In this document: piece by piece, positions 1 to 8,928 of the stretch
Layout: every line of letters starts with the position of its first letter
How positions within the stretch are numbered: position 1 is the stretch's first letter
DNA from: an uncultured Clostridium sp.
GTDB lineage: Bacteria > Bacillota > Clostridia > TANB77 > CAG-508
Direction: 5' to 3'
Length of the DNA stretch: 64,000 nucleotides
Assembly: GCA_946487895.1 (NCBI GenBank)
Contig: CAMLUO010000004.1
Location: 9,990 to 73,989 of the forward strand
Program-made: the position numbers and the translations under genes
Notes under the pieces: model-generated
Database searches by the model: none
Seen by the model: only the letters and a program-made list of their open reading frames with translations
What the model was told of the DNA's origin: nothing

Positions 1-2
1 TA

Positions 3-2132
3 AGCATTAAAAAAGGAACTACTAGAAAAGTAGCAAAAAAAGCAAATACAAATCTAAGATTTAATATAATAACAGTATTAATATATATTGTAGGAATCAT
101 TTTAATTGCTAGATTATTCGACTTGCAAATTGTTCATGGTGCAGAATATAGAGAACAATCAAATACCAGATTAACAAGAGAAAGTACAATTGAAGCTGCA
201 AGAGGTTCAATATTAGATAGAAGTGGACAAGAATTAGTTACATCAGATGCACAATTTTCATTAGAGATGTACAAAACTAAAGTAGATGACCAAACATTAA
301 ATCAAGATATTTTAAATATGGTACAAGTACTAGAGAAATACGGTTGTTCATATTCTGATGATTTTCCAGTAAATACTGATACATTTGAATATACAATATC
401 AGGAGATGAACTTGCGGAGTGGAAAGAAGATTATGATATAGATGAAAATGCAACAGCTGAACAGGCTTTTTATGAATTTAAGGATAAATATGAAATTCAA
501 AATACTGATATCCAAGAAATTAGGAAAATAATTGCAATTAGATATTTAATATCACAAAAAGGATATAGTAGTACAAGAGCTGTTACAATTTCAGAAAATA
601 TACCTAGAGAAGCAGTTGCAGAATTTAGTGAAAGTTCTGATAAATTTGCAGGGATTAATATAGTTGTAAAACCAGTTAGAAAATATACATCCGGAACTTT
701 AGCATCACATATTTTGGGATATGCAGCACAAATAAGTTCAGAAGAATATGAAACTAGAAAAGAATATTATTCTCAAAATGATATAATTGGAAAAACTGGA
801 ATAGAATATGTATTTGAAGAATATCTAAAAGGAAAAAATGGAACAAAACAAATTGATATGGCTGTTGATGGTTCAACAACTGCTGAATATATAGCAGAAG
901 AAGCAGTTAAAGGTTCAGACATAGTTCTAACAATAGATGCTAATTTGCAAAGAGTAACAGAAGAAGCATTAAAAGCAAATATTGAGAAAATAAGAAATGG
1001 TGGATTTGGACAGAGATTTGATACAAATGCAGGTGCCTGTGTTGTAATGAATGTAAATACTGGAGAAGTACTTGCAATGGCAAGTTATCCAGATTATAAT
1101 CCTGCAGATTTTGTTGGAGGAATTAGTACAGAAAATTGGAATAATTATATGAATAATGAAGCAAAACCACTTGTAAATAAAGCAGTTCAAAATTCATATT
1201 CACCAGGTTCTACTTTCAAAATGATTACAGCAATAGCAGGACTTGAGTCTGGAACAATAACTACATCAACAAGGATTAATGATACAGGTGTGTATAGAAA
1301 ATATAGAGATTATCAACCAAGATGTTGGTACTTTAGTGATTATGGAAGAGGACATGGATGGCTTGATGTTGCAGGAGCAATTGAAAAATCATGTAACTAT
1401 TTCTTCTATCAAACTGCAGATAATATGGGAATAGACACTTTAGTAAAATATGCCAAATATTTTGGATTAGGAACAAAAACTGGTATAGAATTGCAGAGTG
1501 AAACAGCAGGTCAATTAGCAAGTAGAGAAACAAAACAAAAATTGCATCCAGATGATCCAACTTGGTATCCAGCAGACTCATTACAAGCTGCAATTGGACA
1601 AAATGATAATGAATTTAGTCCATTGCAAATGGCAAAATATATAAGTATGCTAGCAAATGGTGGTAAACAAATAGATGTAAGTATAGTAAAAACTATTAGA
1701 AATTCAGATGGTTCAGAGGAATCAAAAGAAGAAATTAATAATTTTGTAAATCAAAAATTGGGAATTGAAGAGACTGAAACAGAAGATATAACAATTGACC
1801 AAAACAATTTAAATGCAGTGCTATCAGGAATGCAATCAGTAACTGGAGATTCTGGTGGAACAGCATATGTAAGATTTAGAGATTTTAATGTAAGTGTTGG
1901 TGGAAAGACAGGGTCTGCTGAAGCAGCAAATGACAAAGTTCATGCATGGTTTGTTGGATTTGCACCATTTGAAAATCCAGAAATAGCAATAGTTGTTATG
2001 GTTGAAAATGGTGGTCATGGAAACTATACAGCAGAAGTTGTAAGAGATATAATGGAAGAATATTTTGGAATGAATACACAAGATATTCAAGAGGATATGA
2101 CTGCTGAGCCATATACACAAAGTTTAAATTAG
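3..2132 (+). CDS. mrdA: Class B penicillin-binding protein (PBP2-type transpeptidase), 5' end cut by window edge
   Basis: Frame is open from nt 3 (SIKKGTTRKVAKKANTNLRFNIITVLIYIVGIILIARLF = cytoplasmic tail plus membrane anchor), so the track start at 123 is internal. Transpeptidase motifs STFK (SxxK), SCN (SxN) and KTGSA (KTG) are present. Lies directly upstream of minC as in mre/mrd/min clusters of Firmicutes. Confidence 0.9.
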   Translation, partial: SIKKGTTRKVAKKANTNLRFNIITVLIYIVGIILIARLFDLQIVHGAEYREQSNTRLTRESTIEAARGSILDRSGQELVTSDAQFSLEMYKTKVDDQTLNQDILNMVQVLEKYGCSYSDDFPVNTDTFEYTISGDELAEWKEDYDIDENATAEQAFYEFKDKYEIQNTDIQEIRKIIAIRYLISQKGYSSTRAVTISENIPREAVAEFSESSDKFAGINIVVKPVRKYTSGTLASHILGYAAQISSEEYETRKEYYSQNDIIGKTGIEYVFEEYLKGKNGTKQIDMAVDGSTTAEYIAEEAVKGSDIVLTIDANLQRVTEEALKANIEKIRNGGFGQRFDTNAGACVVMNVNTGEVLAMASYPDYNPADFVGGISTENWNNYMNNEAKPLVNKAVQNSYSPGSTFKMITAIAGLESGTITTSTRINDTGVYRKYRDYQPRCWYFSDYGRGHGWLDVAGAIEKSCNYFFYQTADNMGIDTLVKYAKYFGLGTKTGIELQSETAGQLASRETKQKLHPDDPTWYPADSLQAAIGQNDNEFSPLQMAKYISMLANGGKQIDVSIVKTIRNSDGSEESKEEINNFVNQKLGIEETETEDITIDQNNLNAVLSGMQSVTGDSGGTAYVRFRDFNVSVGGKTGSAEAANDKVHAWFVGFAPFENPEIAIVVMVENGGHGNYTAEVVRDIMEEYFGMNTQDIQEDMTAEPYTQSLN

Positions 2133-2148
2133 TTATAATTTGTATATT

Positions 2149-2317
2149 GCTAGAATATTATATTAAATAATTTCTTGTACCTTGTTGTCGCAACCTTTGA
2201 TTGCAAAAGAAAAATAAATTTTTCTTTTAGTAGTAAGAAGGTTGCTTCAATCGCACTCGCTTATGCTCGTTTGGTCGCTACGCGGTACTGCAAAATTATT
2301 TAATATAATATTCTAGC
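2149..2317. repeat. 169-nt palindromic intergenic element E1 (25-nt perfect terminal inverted repeats)
   Basis: gctagaatattatattaaataattt (2149-2173) is the exact reverse complement of 2293-2317. Stem continues with gtacc/ggtac. Interior holds a second hairpin gcaacctt...aaaagaaaaat aa atttttctttt...aaggttgc plus an unpaired GC-rich segment (2244-2283) with repeated tcgc. Confidence 0.85.
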
Positions 2318-2378
2318 TAATAATAAATATAACTAATATTAAAAAAGGTTAAATAAAAATGAAAAGAGGAAGTTAGAA

Positions 2379-2990
2379 ATGAAGAATTGTGTTAGTATTA
2401 ATTTAAAGAAAAATGAAATTGTGATTAAATTAAGTGATAATGCAACTCAAAGAGAAATAGTAGAAGCATTAAAAAAGAAATTACCAGAATTAAAAAAATT
2501 ATATAAAGACGAAAAAACACCTATAACAGTTGCTGGTAAAGTGCTAAAAAATAGAGAAATTGATGAAATACAAGAATTGATAAAAAGTAAAATTGATGTA
2601 GAAATCGAATTTGATATGCCAAAAAGTTTAGGATTATCAAGTATTAAGAAAACTTTTGAAAAAGAGATCGCGATTTCTGAAACAAAATTTCATAGAGGTT
2701 CATTACGTTCAGGTCAAAAACTAGAATCAGATGGAAGTCTTGTAATATTAGGAGATGTTAATTCAGGAGCAGAAGTAATGGCTTCAGATAACATTGTAGT
2801 ATTAGGTGCATTAAGAGGATTAGCACATGCAGGAGCAAAAGGAAATAAACAAGCAATTATTGCAGCAGGGTTGATTAATACTGTACAAATAAGAATAGCA
2901 AATATAGTAAAAGAAATTGACAGAGATGAAGAACCATTGCATAAACAAGCCTATGTGAGTGTTGTAGATAATCAAATTATAATTGAGTAA
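2379..2990 (+). CDS. minC: Septum site-determining protein MinC
   Basis: C-terminal beta-helix signature GDVNSGAEVMASDNIVVLGALRGLAHAGAKGNKQAIIAAGLINTVQIRIANIV. SD gaggaag upstream of ATG 2379. Position after the PBP2 gene. Confidence 0.9.
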   Translation: MKNCVSINLKKNEIVIKLSDNATQREIVEALKKKLPELKKLYKDEKTPITVAGKVLKNREIDEIQELIKSKIDVEIEFDMPKSLGLSSIKKTFEKEIAISETKFHRGSLRSGQKLESDGSLVILGDVNSGAEVMASDNIVVLGALRGLAHAGAKGNKQAIIAAGLINTVQIRIANIVKEIDRDEEPLHKQAYVSVVDNQIIIE

Positions 2991-3012
2991 AAGTTGAAAA
3001 ATATTTAAAATT

Positions 3013-3390
3013 TTAACTTAAAAGTAGCATAATTAATACTAAAAATAACATGTAATCTTTAACGCCTTCTTGATAAAGAAAAAATAATAAACCAAGAATA
3101 ATAATATCATCTAGATAGAGTGAAATACCCAATATTTCTATAATTGGTTCGTCACTATTCATATCAAATGGATTTTGAAATTGGATAGGTCCAAAACCAG
3201 AATATCTAGATGATTTATTTTTTTTATTTTCAGTGTAATTTATTTCAATATCATTATCATTAGTTAAATCAGAGATATTATTGCTTGTATCAAAATTATT
3301 AGATTCTGTACTAAATGTTTTATTATACTTATTTCTTGCATAATATCTATTCATATTATAAGGATATTGATAAAAAGGAAAAATAGGCAT
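3013..3390 (-). CDS. Hypothetical small membrane protein (Asn/Tyr-rich N-terminus, C-terminal hydrophobic helices)
   Basis: ORF of 125 aa. C-terminal ILGISLYLDDIIILGLLFFLY...MLFLVLIMLLLS looks membrane-spanning. Its ATG overlaps the stop of the upstream minus-strand ORF by 1 nt (coupling). No family recognised. Confidence 0.5.
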   Translation of the reverse strand: MPIFPFYQYPYNMNRYYARNKYNKTFSTESNNFDTSNNISDLTNDNDIEINYTENKKNKSSRYSGFGPIQFQNPFDMNSDEPIIEILGISLYLDDIIILGLLFFLYQEGVKDYMLFLVLIMLLLS

Positions 3391-3887
3391 TATCTAGGAC
3401 TCTCCTTATTATTTGAATTGTCGGAATTATTTATATTATTAGAATTGTTTTCCGAATTTCTATTGTCTTGATTATTAATATTATTAAATACTCCAGTAAT
3501 TTGAGCTATATTTAATAAATTAGCATATTGATCAACTTTTTCTCTTCTGCTTTCTCTAAGATATGGTTTTAGAGAATGAAGAAGATTACTACTTGGATTA
3601 TTTGAATTGTTCATTTTATCCATTACCGATTTCATTTTCATAATAGTATTCATATCAATGTTGCTAAAATCAAAAGAATTATTTGAATTTTGGCTATTAT
3701 TAGAAGAATTATTGTTAAAATTATTATCAGGATTTTCATTATTACTATTATTCATCATGGAAGAAAAATTTTGTATCATTTCTGGTGGAATTTGTGAAAT
3801 TACATCATTTAATTCACCTTTATTCATCATGTCTTTTAATTTGTTTATTGTATTTTCATCAAAATTCATGTCACTCAAAAAAATCAC
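3390..3887 (-). CDS. Hypothetical Asn-rich low-complexity protein
   Basis: ORF of 165 aa with long N/S runs and a conserved-looking C-terminal LKPYLRESRREKVDQYANLLNIAQI. The track GTG at 3887 lies inside the SD (aagaggtg), so the real start is more likely TTG 3878 or ATG 3869. No family recognised. Confidence 0.5.
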   Translation of the reverse strand: MIFLSDMNFDENTINKLKDMMNKGELNDVISQIPPEMIQNFSSMMNNSNNENPDNNFNNNSSNNSQNSNNSFDFSNIDMNTIMKMKSVMDKMNNSNNPSSNLLHSLKPYLRESRREKVDQYANLLNIAQITGVFNNINNQDNRNSENNSNNINNSDNSNNKESPR

Positions 3888-3991
3888 CTCTTATTTAAAT
3901 ATATTCCAAATCATTTAATCTATGTTTATTATATGTTGTAATTCTAAAAAAGTTAATAAACATAAAAAGTTTAAAAAATATCACAAAAATG

Positions 3992-4020
3992 TTGAAAAAA
4001 CTGGAAAAATACGATATAAT
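3992..4020 (+). promoter_or_regulatory. Sigma-A-type promoter of cassette 1 (TTGAAA-N17-TATAAT)
   Basis: TTGAAA at 3992-3997 and TATAAT at 4015-4020, 17-nt spacer, about 45 nt upstream of the A1 start codon. Confidence 0.6.
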
Positions 4021-4066
4021 ATGTAATAGATGGGAAAATACGAAATAATAAAGGAGGCCATCAATT

Positions 4067-7000
4067 ATGAAAAGTAAAATAATGAAAATAGTTACCATTA
4101 TGTTACTAATAATGACTTTAACAATGACAAATTTCATATTTGTAGGTTCAAGTCTTATTAGTTATGCAGCAAGTGGAGTCGAAACAAACCATAGAAACAT
4201 CGACTTTGATGCATACTTTGTAAATTCAAACAATCAAAAAATATCTTCAGTTGATATGTCAAATCAGGGAGATATTTATTTAAACATGCAAATCGAAGTT
4301 AAAAATGAAGGATATTTCAATGGTAAAATTACAGTAAATGATAGTAATTTTACTTTAGCAGATACAGACAGCAGCTATGTAAATAAAATTGAAGGAAATA
4401 CAATAACTTTAAATCAAATAAATGCAGGTACAAGAACAGAAATTAGAATAAAAGTAGAATTAAATAAAGATGAAATCTTCAACCTAGACAACTTAGCAAA
4501 AACTAGCAAGATTGGACTAGAAGGAAAATATTATGATAGTACTGAAAGAGACATTAATATTGAAGCTGAAAGAGAATTAGAATTAAGTCTAGTTGAAAAC
4601 TATACATCTGATAATATTTCTGATGATATTCAAATAATTACAAATAAAATAACTCAAGTAGATGGAAAAAACAAAAGAGTTATTCAATTATTATGGAATG
4701 TTGGATTAAAAGAAAACAATTATCCAATGAAAGAATTAGAAGCAAGTATAACAGTACCAACTATAGATGGAAAAAGAGCAGAAGTTTCAAGAGTAGTAGA
4801 CTTTAATGAAATGACATATTATGATTACACATATAATGGATCAGATGTAACATTTAAATTTACAAATGAACCAAATGAAGATAACGAAATTCGTTGGAAA
4901 TTAGACGGAAATGAAAAAATAATATTAACATTTGTTTATGATACAGAAGTAGCAGTAAGTAGCCAAGAATTAGTAGCAAGACAAACAGTAAAATTATATG
5001 ATGATAAAGAATTATCATATATGCAAAATGTTATTATTGACAATCAAGAAAAAGATGGTATTGTAGCAATCGAATCAATTCCAGAACAAGAAAAAATGTA
5101 TAAAGGAAATTTATATGCAGGCTTAGAAAAAGAATATGCAGTAGATACAAAATTAGATATTAATTTTGCAAAAGCAATCACTAATAATATTGAAATAGAA
5201 GAAACATCAAACAGAAGTACATTAAGTGATATATATACAAGAACAGTTATATCAAAAGAACAATTTAATGAACTTTTTGGACAAACAGGTGGAATTACAG
5301 TATATGATGAAAATAATCAAATTATAGGAAGAATTACAAATTCAAGTCATGCAGATGAAAATGGAAATATAGTAATTTCATATAATACTGAACCAACAGC
5401 AATAAGATTAGAAACAACAGCACCAGTTGCAGAAGGAACGTTAGAAATCAAAAATTATAAAAAACTTGTACCTAATACTTCAAGTAACATAGCAGAATTA
5501 ACACAAGTTGGATATACAGCAAAAGTTAGTTATGATAATCAAGAAATAGGACAAGTAACAAATAATATTACATTAGAAGAAACAACAACACAAAGTAAAT
5601 TTGAAGTAGATAAAAACACTTTATCCACAGTAGTAGAAAATTCTGTGGAAATGAGAGCAACATTATTAACAAATAATGAAAAATATGATTTATATCAAAA
5701 TCCTACATTTAGATTTGAACTACCAGAACAAGTACAAAACATTGAAATTACAGGAGTAGAACTTTTATATGAAAATGAACTAAGTGTAGCAAATTATACT
5801 GTAGATGGAAGAACTATTGTAGTTACATTACAAGGAAAACAAACAAGTTATAAAGAAACATCAGTCGAAGGTGCAGTATTAGTGGTAAATGCCAATATAA
5901 CTTTAGATAATAGAACTGCAACAACTGATACAAATATAACTATGTATTATGAAAATGAAAATGCTCATTCATATAAAGATGGAGCAAATATAGGAACTGA
6001 AACACAAGCAATAAAAATAGTTGCTCCAAAAGATTTAACAGTAACTAATAATATACCAACAATATCTTTAGAAACAAAAGGACAAGATGAAAATACAAGT
6101 GTAAATTTAATAACAGGAAATGTACCAAAACAATTAGAAATTCAATCTGAAATAATAAACACAACAGAAAGTACAATGAATAATGTAAGAATTCTAGGAA
6201 CATTACCAACAAATAGTGGAGAAAACAATCTAGGAATTTTAGTTACAAATCCAATACAAATATTAAATGAAGTAGATGTAACAATTTATTATACAGGAAA
6301 TGAAAACGCTACAAATGATTTAAACAGCAGAGACAATGGATGGAGTACAGAATTTACACAAGATGCTAAAAGATATTTAATAGTAGCAGAACAATTAAAT
6401 ACAGGAGCAAGTATTGAAATTTCATATTCAATACAAATTCCAGAAACATTAGAATACAATAAACAAGCAAAAGAATATTATAGTGTAAGTTATGTAAGTT
6501 CTGAAACATCAGTAGAAAATACATTGAATTCTTCTACAATTACTTTAGAAACAGGAATTGGACCAAAAATAGAAGCAAGTTTATCTGCAACAATTGGGGG
6601 ACAAGAAATTACACAAAATGTTAAAAATGGAGAAGTAATTCAATATAGAATACAAGTATCAAATACAGGATCAGAAACAATAGACAGTGTTGAAGTTGTA
6701 GGACAAGTTCCAGAAGGTACTACAATGGTTGTACCAGAAGAAGATTATGAATATACAGGAGCTTCATATTATGAAGAATTACCAGATAGAGAATATAGAA
6801 CAACAGCCCAAAATATTGAACCAGGTGAAGTAAGAACATTTACATATGAAGTAAGAGTTAATTCAGATACACCTGAAGGAACTAGATTACAAAACACATT
6901 ACAAATTACATATAATGGAGTGACATCAGAAACAGAGACACATACATTAACAACAGAAAAAGGAAATTTAAGAGTTACAGTAAAAAGAGTAACTGATAGC

Positions 7001-8908
7001 AGTGTAGATTTATATACAGCAGGTGTTGTGCAATATTTTGCAATAATTGAAAATATATCAGATGAAAAATTAACAGATGTAAAAGTACATACAAATTTTT
7101 CTGATAACTTAGAAGTACAAAGAGTAACTTTAATTTCTGGTATGGAAGCAGAAGATGGAGAAATTTATAGAGTAGGTATGGATACAGCACCAATTTCTGA
7201 TAGTCAAAATGAAGGAATTGATCCAGAAGAAACAACAGATGATAGTATGACATCAGAAGATATAGAATATAGTGATGAGATCAATATAGACAGAATTGCT
7301 GCTGGAGAAACAAAAGTATTAAGTTATGACATGTTAATAACTAAAACAGATAATCATGCAATTAATTTCTCAGTAGTAGCAGATGATGGAGAAAAAGAAT
7401 ATAAATCAAATGCTTTAGAAGATGAAGTAAAAGACTTTTCTATTGAATTAAGTATGGAAGATAAAACTGGAACACAAAATGTTAAATCAGGAGATACAAT
7501 AACATATAGTATAAAGGCTAAAAATGAATCTAATACACAAACTAAAGACTTAGTTATAGTAGATAATATTCCATCACAATTAACTGTACAAAGAATTTTA
7601 ATAAATGGAGAAGAATATGAAGTTCCAGATACAAATAGCTTAGAAATACCAATTGATATAGAAGCAAATCAAGAAACAGAAATTGAAATACAAGCAGTTG
7701 TTAATTATTCAGAAGGAAGAGTAGAAGCAGAGGCAATCACAAATGTTGCAACTGCACAAGTATATGGAGAAACAATTGCAACTACATCAGAAATAACTCA
7801 TATCATTTTAGCAAATGATGGTACAGGAGAAGGTGGAAGTGGAAATGGAAATGGACAAAATGATGTTGAAGACAATGATATAGCTACAGGAACAAGTACA
7901 ATTTCAGGATTAGCATGGTATGATGAAAATCAAGATGGTAGAAAAGATGCTTCAGAACAAGTTTTAAGTGGAATAAAAGTAAAATTGTTAAATGTAGATA
8001 CAAATAATATTGTAAAAGATACACAAGGAAATGATTTAGAAGCAACAACAAATGAAAACGGTGTTTATGTATTAGACAGAATAGGAAATGGTAGATATAT
8101 AGCAGTATTTGAATATGACGAAGGTCATTATACATTAACAAAATATAAAGCAGCAAATGTATCTGAAAATCAAAATTCAGACGTATTAAAAAATAACTTA
8201 ACAATAAATGGAGAAGAACAACAAGTAGCTTCAACAGACATTTTAGAGATAAGTAATAATAATATATCAGATATTAATATAGGTTTAGCTTTATTACAAA
8301 ATTACGACTTAAAACTAGATAAATATGTAAGCAGAATAATTATGCAAAATGACAATGGAACAACTGTTAGAGAATACCAAGACGAAACAATGGCTAAAGC
8401 AGAATTAGATGCTAAACAAATAAATGGAACAACAGTTATTGTAGAATATCAAATTAAAGTAACAAATGTTGGAGAAGTAACAGGATATGTAAGAAGAATT
8501 GCTGATTATATACCAAGTGATATGACATTTAGCTCAGAACTAAATAAAGATTGGTATCAAACAGGAAATACAGTATATACATCAATCTTATCAAATGAGC
8601 CAATAGCAGCAGGAGAAACAAAAACAGTTACTTTAACATTAGTAAAATCAATGACAGAAAATAATACAGGACGTGTAAACAATAGAGCAGAAATTACAGA
8701 AGATTACAATGACTTAGGACTTTCAGATATCAATTCTACACCAGGAAATCAAGCATCAGATGAAAATGATATGGGAAGTGCAGATGTTATCTTAAGTATT
8801 AGAACGGGTGGAGCTGTATATATAAGTGTAGTTATTGCAATTTTAGTAATACTAATAATTACAGGATTTGTGATTTGGAAAAAGAAAAATCATAAGAAAG
8901 AAATATAA
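4067..8908 (+). CDS. Giant surface protein A1 (1613 aa): DUF11-like repeats + SdrD-B-like domain + SIRTG/TM/basic tail
   Basis: SD aaaggagg upstream of ATG. Signal-like N-terminus MKSKIMKIVTIMLLIMTLTMTNFIFVG...SYAAS. DUF11-like repeats (e.g. NVKNGEVIQYRIQVSNTGSETIDSVEVVGQVPEGT). G/N-rich linker. SdrD-B-like ISGLAWYDENQDGRKD...NENGVYVLDRIGNGRYIAVFEY (about 7901-8290). Terminal domain ending DINSTPGNQASDENDMGSA, then SIRTG + hydrophobic helix + KKKNHKK. Confidence 0.9.
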   Translation: MKSKIMKIVTIMLLIMTLTMTNFIFVGSSLISYAASGVETNHRNIDFDAYFVNSNNQKISSVDMSNQGDIYLNMQIEVKNEGYFNGKITVNDSNFTLADTDSSYVNKIEGNTITLNQINAGTRTEIRIKVELNKDEIFNLDNLAKTSKIGLEGKYYDSTERDINIEAERELELSLVENYTSDNISDDIQIITNKITQVDGKNKRVIQLLWNVGLKENNYPMKELEASITVPTIDGKRAEVSRVVDFNEMTYYDYTYNGSDVTFKFTNEPNEDNEIRWKLDGNEKIILTFVYDTEVAVSSQELVARQTVKLYDDKELSYMQNVIIDNQEKDGIVAIESIPEQEKMYKGNLYAGLEKEYAVDTKLDINFAKAITNNIEIEETSNRSTLSDIYTRTVISKEQFNELFGQTGGITVYDENNQIIGRITNSSHADENGNIVISYNTEPTAIRLETTAPVAEGTLEIKNYKKLVPNTSSNIAELTQVGYTAKVSYDNQEIGQVTNNITLEETTTQSKFEVDKNTLSTVVENSVEMRATLLTNNEKYDLYQNPTFRFELPEQVQNIEITGVELLYENELSVANYTVDGRTIVVTLQGKQTSYKETSVEGAVLVVNANITLDNRTATTDTNITMYYENENAHSYKDGANIGTETQAIKIVAPKDLTVTNNIPTISLETKGQDENTSVNLITGNVPKQLEIQSEIINTTESTMNNVRILGTLPTNSGENNLGILVTNPIQILNEVDVTIYYTGNENATNDLNSRDNGWSTEFTQDAKRYLIVAEQLNTGASIEISYSIQIPETLEYNKQAKEYYSVSYVSSETSVENTLNSSTITLETGIGPKIEASLSATIGGQEITQNVKNGEVIQYRIQVSNTGSETIDSVEVVGQVPEGTTMVVPEEDYEYTGASYYEELPDREYRTTAQNIEPGEVRTFTYEVRVNSDTPEGTRLQNTLQITYNGVTSETETHTLTTEKGNLRVTVKRVTDSSVDLYTAGVVQYFAIIENISDEKLTDVKVHTNFSDNLEVQRVTLISGMEAEDGEIYRVGMDTAPISDSQNEGIDPEETTDDSMTSEDIEYSDEINIDRIAAGETKVLSYDMLITKTDNHAINFSVVADDGEKEYKSNALEDEVKDFSIELSMEDKTGTQNVKSGDTITYSIKAKNESNTQTKDLVIVDNIPSQLTVQRILINGEEYEVPDTNSLEIPIDIEANQETEIEIQAVVNYSEGRVEAEAITNVATAQVYGETIATTSEITHIILANDGTGEGGSGNGNGQNDVEDNDIATGTSTISGLAWYDENQDGRKDASEQVLSGIKVKLLNVDTNNIVKDTQGNDLEATTNENGVYVLDRIGNGRYIAVFEYDEGHYTLTKYKAANVSENQNSDVLKNNLTINGEEQQVASTDILEISNNNISDINIGLALLQNYDLKLDKYVSRIIMQNDNGTTVREYQDETMAKAELDAKQINGTTVIVEYQIKVTNVGEVTGYVRRIADYIPSDMTFSSELNKDWYQTGNTVYTSILSNEPIAAGETKTVTLTLVKSMTENNTGRVNNRAEITEDYNDLGLSDINSTPGNQASDENDMGSADVILSIRTGGAVYISVVIAILVILIITGFVIWKKKNHKKEI

Positions 8909-8928
8909 GGGAAAGGAGGAAGAAAGCA

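Noticed and set aside
2149-2176. Resemblance of the E1 arm (gctagaatattatattaaataattt) to the Firmicute dif site (cctagaatatatattatgtaaact).
   Set aside because: Only the ctagaatat portion matches. The conserved XerD-arm TTATGTAAA is absent, and the sequence occurs as two inverted copies 119 bp apart, which is not a dif architecture.
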